A DNA stretch of 11,557 nt from Candidatus Velthaea sp. (GTDB lineage: Bacteria > Vulcanimicrobiota > Vulcanimicrobiia > Vulcanimicrobiales > Vulcanimicrobiaceae). The notes below the pieces were generated by a model that did not search any database, was not told where the DNA came from, and saw only the letters and a program-made list of their open reading frames with translations. The position numbers and the translations under genes are program-made. Position 1 is the first letter of the stretch. Each line of letters begins with the position of its first letter. Below, in pieces: positions 1 through 6,222 of the stretch. The stretch lies in contig JBEKHC010000126.1 of NCBI GenBank assembly GCA_050012475.1, forward strand, positions 1 through 11,557, in the 5' to 3' direction.

Positions 1-1031
1 GCAGCATCGGCGGCGGTTTCTGCGGCGACGGCTCCGGCCGCTCGCCCTCCGTGCGGCAACATCCCAAGCGGCTCGACTGGCTCGACACGCGGCAAGACCG
101 GAACGTGCGGCGGTGGCGGCGCATTCCGCTGCGTCTGCTTTGCCGGCGTCGCAACCGGAGCCGCAATCGGCGGCGGCGGTGCGGCGGGACTTGCCGGGGC
201 AGGGCGAGCAGCGGGAACGACGGCGCCGTCGATTGCGGTTTCCTTGAACATTCCCGGTGCGGGCATCTGCAGCGGTTCGGACGCTTTGGTCAAACCCAAA
301 ACGATAAAGGCGTCGGCCAGCCGTTTGAGTCCGGGCAACGGATGACCGGTAAGCGGAACGAGCGAGAACAGGTCGCGCACCGGATTGCACGTCGATGCGG
401 CTGCCACGATCGATGCGTGCAGTCCGTGCGTGGCCTCTTGCAGGCGGGCGGCAAACAGCGCTTCGGGCCCGACGGCGGTGAATTCGCGGCGTTCGTGAAA
501 TCCCGCGTCGCCGGCGATCACGGCGCCCGAATTGATCCCGATGCCGACTTGAAACGACCGGCGCCCCTGCTCGCGCCAGCGCCGCTCCATCGCATTCACG
601 AGGCGCACGATGTCGATCGCCGCGCGCAGCGCGTGTTCTTGCGCGTCGGGATCGTCGAGCGGCACGCCGAAGATGCCGATGATCCCGTCCGGCAAGAACT
701 TGTCGATCATGCCGCGGTGCTTTTGAATCGAGCTGCCTGCGAGCGCGAAGAATTCGTTGAGATAGCGCAGTGTCTGTTCGGCGGTGAGGTTTTCGGCAAA
801 TCCGGCGAAGTTCCAGATGCGGCAGACGACGATCGTCGCATTGAGCGAACGGCCGATATACAGCCGCGGATCTTTGCGGCGCAACAGCTCTTCGACGATC
901 GGCGGAGCGACATAGCGTGAAAACAGCGCCCGCACGCGCGCACTCTCGCGTCGTTCGGCTTGGTACCGCAGACCGATCACAATGAGTCCGGCGAGTGCAC
1001 CAATGAGGGCCAGCCCCGCGAGCACTGCCAT
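1..1031 (-). CDS. Class III adenylate/guanylate cyclase-domain protein, N-terminal TM anchor, degenerate active site, Pro/Ala-rich C-terminal tail (3' end outside window)
   Basis: Manual translation from ATG 1031-1029 is open to the window edge (>343 aa): MAVLAGLALIGALAGLIVIGLRYQ (TM)...RALFSRYVAPPIVEELL...ATIVVCRIWNFAGFAE...MIDKFLPDGIIGIFGVP...VGIGINSGAVIAGDAGFHERREFTAVGPEALFAARLQ. These are the ordered cyclase homology domain motifs. It is missing from the ORF track because it has no stop in the window. Confidence 0.9.
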   Translation of the reverse strand, partial: MAVLAGLALIGALAGLIVIGLRYQAERRESARVRALFSRYVAPPIVEELLRRKDPRLYIGRSLNATIVVCRIWNFAGFAENLTAEQTLRYLNEFFALAGSSIQKHRGMIDKFLPDGIIGIFGVPLDDPDAQEHALRAAIDIVRLVNAMERRWREQGRRSFQVGIGINSGAVIAGDAGFHERREFTAVGPEALFAARLQEATHGLHASIVAAASTCNPVRDLFSLVPLTGHPLPGLKRLADAFIVLGLTKASEPLQMPAPGMFKETAIDGAVVPAARPAPASPAAPPPPIAAPVATPAKQTQRNAPPPPHVPVLPRVEPVEPLGMLPHGGRAAGAVAAETAADA

Positions 1032-1053
1032 AGGACGCCTGCCTGCGCCGTCG

Positions 1054-1059
1054 TATGCT
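1054..1059 (+). promoter_or_regulatory. Candidate -10 element (TATGCT) for the 1069 gene, near-leaderless
   Basis: TAnnnT hexamer ending 9 nt before ATG 1069 in a 37-bp divergent gap; no Shine-Dalgarno visible. Confidence 0.35.
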
Positions 1060-1068
1060 CCGTGACCT

Positions 1069-1461
1069 ATGGACGATACGGCGTTTTTACACGAGCGCAT
1101 CGAATCTTACGCAGGCTATACGAATGACATCGACCGGCAACGCTCCGACGAGCAAATCCGGGCCTACGTCGGCGAAGCGCTGACGCGTCTGCGCGAGCGG
1201 CTTCACCCGCAAGCCGCCGCGGGCGAAGCATTGGAGCGCCTCCTGGTTCGCTGCGAATTCGCCGATCAAGGCGTCGCGCACGCCTTCGACGCCGTCAACG
1301 TCGGTGCGGACGAGATCGCTGCGACCGCCGCCGCCGACCGCGAACTCGTCAGGCTGGCGGATCGCGCGAATGACGTCGACGCGGCGCAAGCAGGATCGTT
1401 GTTCGCACAGATCGCGGCTGCGTTCGATCGCCGCTGGCAGACTGCCGGCGCGCCGCCTTAG
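1069..1461 (+). CDS. Hypothetical small alpha-helical protein (130 aa)
   Basis: ATG start, high-GC codon pattern, fills the gap between the cyclase and the ATPase; amphipathic helical sequence (IESYAGY...RQRSDEQIRAYVGEAL...FDRR). Its TAG overlaps the convergent ATPase TAA at 1458-1461. Confidence 0.75.
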   Translation: MDDTAFLHERIESYAGYTNDIDRQRSDEQIRAYVGEALTRLRERLHPQAAAGEALERLLVRCEFADQGVAHAFDAVNVGADEIAATAAADRELVRLADRANDVDAAQAGSLFAQIAAAFDRRWQTAGAPP

Positions 1462-2465
1462 CGGTTGGGAATGCGCATCCCCTGGTCGTCGAAGCGGTGC
1501 AGCATCCCGGGAAGCGGCGCAAGTCCGATCGCATCGCCGACCGCGACGCTAGCCGTGCCGGCGACGCGAACCGTCAGTTCGCTTGCCGCTGCGGTGCGCG
1601 CGTAGACGTAGGTGTCGGATCCCAGCCGCTCGACGTGGTGCACGATGCCGTTCCAACGTGCATCGCCGGCCGCAATCTCGAGGTGCTCGGGACGTACGCC
1701 CAGCGTCGCGGCACCGGCGCGCCGGGCCTCGTCGCCGCCGATGAAGTTCATCTTGGGCGAGCCGATGAAACCGGCGACGAACAGATTGACCGGCGCATCG
1801 TAGAGGTCGATGGGCCGCCCGGCCTGCTGTATTTTCCCTGCGTAGAGCACGACGATTTTGTCGGCCAGCGTCATCGCTTCGGTCTGGTCGTGGGTGACGT
1901 AGATCATCGTCGTGCCGAGCAGCCGGTGCAGATTGGCGATTTCGAGGCGGGTGTTGACGCGCAGCGCCGCATCGAGATTCGACAGCGGTTCGTCGAACAG
2001 AAAGAGTTTGGGTTGACGTACGATCGCGCGGCCGATGGCGACGCGTTGCCGTTGGCCGCCCGACAGCGCCGCCGGTTTGCGTTTGAGCAGCGGCGTCAGT
2101 TCGAGCATCTCGGCTGCGGCGTTGAGCCGGCGCTCGATCTCGGCACGTGCGATCCCCTCGCGCTTGAGCGCGAGGCTCATGTTGCCGGCAACGTCGAGAT
2201 GCGGATAGAGCGCATAGCTTTGAAAGACCATCGCGATGCCGCGCTTGGCCGGCGGCACGCCGTCCGCGCGCGCGCCGGCGATGCGCAGCTGACCCGTGGT
2301 TTGCTCTTCGAGTCCGGCGACGATACGCAGCAGCGTCGACTTCCCGCAGCCCGATGGACCGACGAAGACGACGAAGTCACCCTCGTCGACGGCGAGATCG
2401 ATGCCGGTGAGCACGTCGGTCCGGCCGAAGCGCTTGGTGATACCGATGAGTTCGAGCGCGATCAC
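1458..2465 (-). CDS. Sugar ABC transporter ATP-binding protein (MalK/MsmK/UgpC family, 335 aa)
   Basis: Walker A GPSGCGKS, Q-loop MVFQSYALYPH, signature LSGGQRQR, Walker B FLFDEPLSNLD, H-loop YVTHDQ, VAGFIGSPKMN, C-terminal TOBE-like LGVRPEHL. True start is likely GTG 2465, overlapping the permease TGA (GTGA), not 2660. Confidence 0.95.
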   Translation of the reverse strand: MIALELIGITKRFGRTDVLTGIDLAVDEGDFVVFVGPSGCGKSTLLRIVAGLEEQTTGQLRIAGARADGVPPAKRGIAMVFQSYALYPHLDVAGNMSLALKREGIARAEIERRLNAAAEMLELTPLLKRKPAALSGGQRQRVAIGRAIVRQPKLFLFDEPLSNLDAALRVNTRLEIANLHRLLGTTMIYVTHDQTEAMTLADKIVVLYAGKIQQAGRPIDLYDAPVNLFVAGFIGSPKMNFIGGDEARRAGAATLGVRPEHLEIAAGDARWNGIVHHVERLGSDTYVYARTAAASELTVRVAGTASVAVGDAIGLAPLPGMLHRFDDQGMRIPNR

Positions 2466-3307
2466 TTGACCGCTCCCGAGGTGATTCCGCGGATCAAATT
2501 CTTGGAGAACAGCAGATACAACACGACGACGGGCAAAATGCTCAGCGACAGTGCGGCGAGCACGGCGTTCCAATTCGTGACGTATTGACCGATGAATTGC
2601 TGCGCGCCCAAGGTCACCGTGCGGGTGCTCTCGCCCGGCGCCAGGATCAGCGGGAACCACAAATCGTTCCAGATCGGGATCATCGTGAACACCGCGACGG
2701 TCGAAAGCGCGGGCCGCACGAGCGGAAGCGCCAGCCAGAAGTAAATCTCGTATTCGGAGAGGCCGTCGACCCGGCCGGCGTTCTTGAGGTCGTCCGAGAT
2801 CGTGCGCATGAATTCGGTGAGCACGAAGACCGCAATCGGCAGGCCCGAGGCGATATACACCAGGATCAGCGCGATCAGCGTGTTGACCAGATGCCAGCCG
2901 ACCATGAGCTCGAGGATGCCGACGGTGGCCAGCCGGATCGGAATCATGATGCCGAGCATGAGGTACAGCCCGGTCAGCGTGTTGAGCCGGAAACGGTATT
3001 CGGCGAGCGCGAACGCCGCCATCGAGCCGAACGCGAGGATGCCCGCCAGCGATGCCAGCGTGACGATCAAACTGTTGAGGAAATAGGTGCCGAAGTTGCC
3101 GCCCGCAAAAACACTCGCGTATCCGATCGGATCGAATGTTCCCGGCCCCGGCAGCGCCAACGGAGCGCTGAAGATCGCGCGGCGTGACTTGAACGAGTTC
3201 ATCACGATGAACGCCACGGGTAAGGTCGCCACAGCGGTGTAGGCGATCAAGGCGGCGTGCGCAGCGATCGTGCGGGCGTGCAAGGAGCGGCTGGGCGAAA
3301 TCGACAT
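2462..3307 (-). CDS. Carbohydrate ABC transporter permease 2 (MalG-like, 281 aa)
   Basis: About 6 TM helices; FLNSLIVT, MAAFALA, EAA-like loop ISDDLKNAGRVDG, WNDLWFPL, C-terminal LIRGITSGAVK. Confidence 0.95.
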   Translation of the reverse strand: MSISPSRSLHARTIAAHAALIAYTAVATLPVAFIVMNSFKSRRAIFSAPLALPGPGTFDPIGYASVFAGGNFGTYFLNSLIVTLASLAGILAFGSMAAFALAEYRFRLNTLTGLYLMLGIMIPIRLATVGILELMVGWHLVNTLIALILVYIASGLPIAVFVLTEFMRTISDDLKNAGRVDGLSEYEIYFWLALPLVRPALSTVAVFTMIPIWNDLWFPLILAPGESTRTVTLGAQQFIGQYVTNWNAVLAALSLSILPVVVLYLLFSKNLIRGITSGAVK

Positions 3308-3311
3308 CCCA

Positions 3312-3334
3312 GGGCGGAGCTTATGGCTCCGCCC
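3312..3334. repeat. Perfect 9-bp inverted repeat, REP-like hairpin
   Basis: GGGCGGAGC-TTATG-GCTCCGCCC, ending 4 nt before the permease 2 ATG on the minus strand. Confidence 0.75.
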
Positions 3335-3336
3335 CG

Positions 3337-3429
3337 CCGCGCCTTCGTCGCCGTAAGAGAAACACGACCCGCCGTTCTCGGCGGCGGCCGAATCCGCCGC
3401 CGGGAGCCACGTTGGCGACGAACGCGCGG
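3337..3429. other. Nested inverted-repeat structure (possible structured RNA or REP/BIME-like element)
   Basis: Outer stem CCGCGC-c-TTCGTCGCC (3337-3352) pairs with GGCGACGAA-c-GCGCGG (3414-3429); inner stem TTCTCGGCGGCGG (3375-3387) pairs with CCGCCGCCGGGAG (3394-3406). Confidence 0.6.
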
Positions 3430-3444
3430 TCGCCTAGGCCGCCC

Positions 3445-3777
3445 TTAGTGACCGCCCTCGAGCAGCTTTTGCTCTTCTTTCATGTCAAGCACCATCTTTT
3501 CTGCAGCCGCTTTCGCCTGGGGATCTTTTCCGCAGGCGGCTTCCAACTGGGCCATCTTCATGCCGTGAGCGGACATCGCGTGCATCGACGCCATGAAATT
3601 TTTGTCGAGATCGGTACCGCTCATGGCGGGCATGGGCATGGCCGCCATCTTCATCATTGTCGCGTTCGCCGTCGCGCAATCCGGCGCCGCCATCATCGTG
3701 TCCGCCGCGCTCGCCGCTGAGCCGCCCAAACAGATTGCCGCAAGCGCAACCGGCGGAAGTAATCGAAGAATCTTCAT
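3445..3777 (-). CDS. Secreted Met-rich small protein, single DUF305/CopM-like helical hairpin (110 aa), putative Cu/Ag-binding
   Basis: Start ATG 3777 with GGGAAG upstream; Sec signal MKILRLLPPVALAAICLGGSAASA. The 86-aa mature part has 15 Met, 3 His and 2 Cys. DLDKNFMASMHAMSAHGMKMAQLEAACGKDPQAKAAAEKM follows the DUF305 pattern D-x2-F-x3-M...MA-x2-E-x3-GKDP-x2-K-x2-A. Confidence 0.8.
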   Translation of the reverse strand: MKILRLLPPVALAAICLGGSAASAADTMMAAPDCATANATMMKMAAMPMPAMSGTDLDKNFMASMHAMSAHGMKMAQLEAACGKDPQAKAAAEKMVLDMKEEQKLLEGGH

Positions 3778-3795
3778 TCCAAACTTCCCATCATC

Positions 3796-3867
3796 AAGAA
3801 GAAAAAAGTGCAGACGTTGCCGGCCGCGAGAAGGCTCCGCGATTCCTCGCTCGGCCGGCACCACGTC
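3796..3867 (-). terminator. Long bulged hairpin followed by a T-rich tract (terminator/attenuator-like) in the leader of the Met-rich gene
   Basis: Minus strand: GACGT-gg-TGCCGGCC-ga-GCGAGGA-(11-nt loop)-TTCTCGC-GGCCGGCA-ACGTC, then tgcac and TTTTTTCTTCTT. The T-tract is 5 nt from the stem base, so the geometry is not ideal. Confidence 0.5.
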
Positions 3868-3879
3868 ATCATACTAGCA
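3868..3879 (-). promoter_or_regulatory. Candidate extended -10 promoter (TGCTAGTAT, overlapping TATGAT)
   Basis: Minus strand reads TGCTAGTATGAT: TGn-TAGTAT at 3879-3871 plus an overlapping TATGAT at 3873-3868; rare in such GC-rich DNA. No consensus -35. Confidence 0.5.
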
Positions 3880-3932
3880 CGCGCGGGCAGAACAGCGTAG
3901 GCTTCCTTACGAGTTCGCCGTTCGGTCGGCTC

Positions 3933-4862
3933 TTAATATTGGTAGCGGCTGAGCCGGCGCTGTACGGCAAAGAGATAGACGCACACTCCGGCGAGGATGA
4001 TGAGGAACATCATCGTGGCGACGGTCGCACCCATGTTGGGATCGCCGAGCTGCAGCTGATAGCCGAAGAAGGTGCGGTATAGCAGCGTGCCCAGGATGTC
4101 GGTCGAATAGTTTGGGCCGGCCAGCGCGCCCTGCGTGACGTAGATGAGATCGAAGGCGTTGAAGTTGCCGACGAAGGTCAGGATCGAGATCATCCCGACC
4201 GTCGGCCAGATCAGCGGTAATTTGATTTTGAAGAACTGCTCGATGCCGACGATACCGTCGACCTCGGCGGCGTCGATGAGCTCGTCGGGGATCGAGATCA
4301 GCGCCGCATAGCACAACATCATCGGCACGCCGACGTACTGCCAGACTGAGATCAGCCCCAGCGTGAAGAGCGCCGAGCTTTCGCGGCCCAAGTACGGCGC
4401 GAACAGAAATTTGAGTCCGACCGCGTTCAACAGGCTGGGCGCGACGCCCCACAGGGGCGACAGGATGAGTTTCCAGCCGAAGCCGACGATCACGAACGAG
4501 AGCAGCGTGGGCATGAAGATCGCGGAACGGTAGAATGCGCTTGCGCGCAGCCGCGGCAGCGCGAGCAGCGCCGCCAGGCCGATGCCGATCGGGTTCTGCA
4601 GCATCTGGATGCAGAAGAAGATCAGGTTATTGCGCAGCGCGTTCCAGAACGCGTGCGACCAGCGGTCGTCGAAAAACAGCGCACCGAAGTTGGCGGCGCC
4701 GACGAACCCGCTCTGATTGCCGACGGTCGAGAAGAACGCCAGCCGCAAGGTTTCAAACAACGGCACGATCATCACCGCGGTGTAAATCAACGCCGCCGGC
4801 GCGAGAAACACGCCGATGTGCCAGCGCGGCGCGCGCGCCGGCACAGCCGGTGCGGGCGTCAC
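3933..4862 (-). CDS. Carbohydrate ABC transporter permease 1 (MalF/UgpA-like, 309 aa)
   Basis: FLAPA, FVGAANF, FWNALRNN, SVWQYVG, EAA motif IPDELIDAAEVDG, FDLIYVTQG, GPNYSTDIL; GTG start overlaps the binding-protein TGA. Confidence 0.95.
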   Translation of the reverse strand: MTPAPAVPARAPRWHIGVFLAPAALIYTAVMIVPLFETLRLAFFSTVGNQSGFVGAANFGALFFDDRWSHAFWNALRNNLIFFCIQMLQNPIGIGLAALLALPRLRASAFYRSAIFMPTLLSFVIVGFGWKLILSPLWGVAPSLLNAVGLKFLFAPYLGRESSALFTLGLISVWQYVGVPMMLCYAALISIPDELIDAAEVDGIVGIEQFFKIKLPLIWPTVGMISILTFVGNFNAFDLIYVTQGALAGPNYSTDILGTLLYRTFFGYQLQLGDPNMGATVATMMFLIILAGVCVYLFAVQRRLSRYQY

Positions 4863-6121
4863 TTCGTGGGCTTGTACCAGCTGTCGAGCCCTTTTTGCAG
4901 TTTGCTCGCCGCGACTTGCGGCGTATCGGTTCCGTTAATCACGTTCGAGCCTTCGACCCAGAAGCCGTTCTCGAGATTCGGCGTGCCGCGCGACAGAATC
5001 TGATACGTCGGACGGATCGTCGATTTGCATTTTGCGCGCCAGCTCGCGAACTCGCGCGCCAGCGGATCTTGCAGCACGGTGGGTTTCGTTTGCAAACTGA
5101 AGAAACCCGGCAGCGCGGCGGCGTACAAGTTGGCAAATTCGGGCGTCGCGACCCACTCCAGAAACGCTTTCGTTTCGACGGGGTGCGCGGATTTTGCGTT
5201 CGCACCCAAAGCGATGTCCGGATGGTCGGAGATGTAGCAGGTGTCGCCGGCCTTTTGCACCGGCGGCGGAAAGGCGCCCATCGCAAAGGTGGCCTGTTTG
5301 CGGAAACCGCTGATCTCCCACGAACCGGCGGGATAGATCGCCGCGCGTCCGAGGGTGAAGAGATTTTGGCTGTCGGCGTACGATTGCGCCTCGAATCCGT
5401 CACCCAGATACGGCTTCCAGCGCGCGAGCACGGCGAACGGCTCGACCCACTGGGGATCGGTGAGCTTCTCTTTGCCGTGGATGAGCGCTAAGCGGCCCTG
5501 CTCGCCCTTGTAATAGGTCGGGCCGATGTTCTGATAGCCCATCGAGGCGGTTTCCCAGCCTTCTTTGGTGCCCAGTGCGAGCGGCGTGTAGCTGCCGTCG
5601 GCTTTGATCTTGTCGAGTACCGCGAAGAATTCGGGTACCGTCGCCGGCGGCTTGAGCCCGAGTTTATCGAACGCGTCCTTGTTGTAGATGAAGCCGTGGA
5701 TGACCGCCGCCATCGGGACGCAGTAGGTCGTCTTGCCGTCGTCGGTCGTCCAGGCCGTACGCGCGACGGTCGAAAAATTGCCCATGCCTTTGAGGCCGTT
5801 GACCGGCGTCAGCTTGCCTTTTTGGAAGAGCTGCAGCGAAGCGTCGAACGGCCGGCACGTGATGAGGTCGCCGGCGGTTCCGGCAGCGAGTTTCGCGTTG
5901 AGCGCGGCGTTGTATTCGGTCGGCGCCGTGGGTGAGAACTTGACCGTGATGCCGGGATGCGTTTTCTCGAAGGCCGGGATGATTTTGTCTTGCCAGATCG
6001 CGAGGTCGTCGTTGCGCCAACTCTCGATCGTGAGCGTGACCGGCGCGGCGGACGCCCGGGCTGCGCCGACGAGGATCATGCTCGACATGAGGAAACCCAA
6101 AATGGCTCTGGTGTAGCTCAT
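4859..6121 (-). CDS. Sugar ABC transporter substrate-binding protein (family 1, 420 aa), probably GlcNAc/amino-sugar specific
   Basis: Start ATG 6121 gives Sec signal MSYTRAILGFLMSSMILVGAARASA; mature VTLTIESWRNDDL...AFEKTHPGITVKF...GDLITCRPFD...GFIYNKDAF...GRAAIYPAGSWE. From memory it resembles the rhizobial SMc02873-type GlcNAc-binding proteins (not verified by search). Confidence 0.93.
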   Translation of the reverse strand: MSYTRAILGFLMSSMILVGAARASAAPVTLTIESWRNDDLAIWQDKIIPAFEKTHPGITVKFSPTAPTEYNAALNAKLAAGTAGDLITCRPFDASLQLFQKGKLTPVNGLKGMGNFSTVARTAWTTDDGKTTYCVPMAAVIHGFIYNKDAFDKLGLKPPATVPEFFAVLDKIKADGSYTPLALGTKEGWETASMGYQNIGPTYYKGEQGRLALIHGKEKLTDPQWVEPFAVLARWKPYLGDGFEAQSYADSQNLFTLGRAAIYPAGSWEISGFRKQATFAMGAFPPPVQKAGDTCYISDHPDIALGANAKSAHPVETKAFLEWVATPEFANLYAAALPGFFSLQTKPTVLQDPLAREFASWRAKCKSTIRPTYQILSRGTPNLENGFWVEGSNVINGTDTPQVAASKLQKGLDSWYKPTK

Positions 6122-6222
6122 GCGCGAGTGCTTGCGGTTCGCGGGCGGCCGGCCCTCTCGACGATGCGCACCTAGCGCCGCTTGACGGCCTTGCCTGCTT
6201 CTCGCCCGGAGCTTCATCGCAC

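Noticed and set aside
51..920. 289-aa plus-strand ORF
   Set aside because: It is the codon-register antisense shadow of the minus-strand cyclase, Arg-rich and without motifs.
2466..2660. 65-aa N-terminal extension of the ATPase in the ORF track
   Set aside because: It overlaps permease 2 in another frame; family homology starts at GTG 2465 with a GTGA overlap.
1497..3187. Plus-strand ORFs 1497-2588 and 2585-3187
   Set aside because: Antisense shadows of the ABC ATPase and permease 2, typical of high-GC DNA.
3336..3430. Self-cleaving ribozyme, tRNA or SRP RNA
   Set aside because: No hammerhead CUGANGA/GAAA core, no tRNA T-loop or cloverleaf, and no SRP helix-8 motif on either strand.
3593..3877. 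Plus-strand 94-aa hydrophobic ORF
   Set aside because: Antisense to the Met-rich gene, which has a signal peptide, an SD-like site and a DUF305-like pattern.
3308..3932. Integron cassette with attC sites
   Set aside because: No properly placed RYYYAAC...GTTRRRY box pair on either hairpin and no integrase. The shared ACGTTG-x-CG in both flanks is too short to exceed chance.
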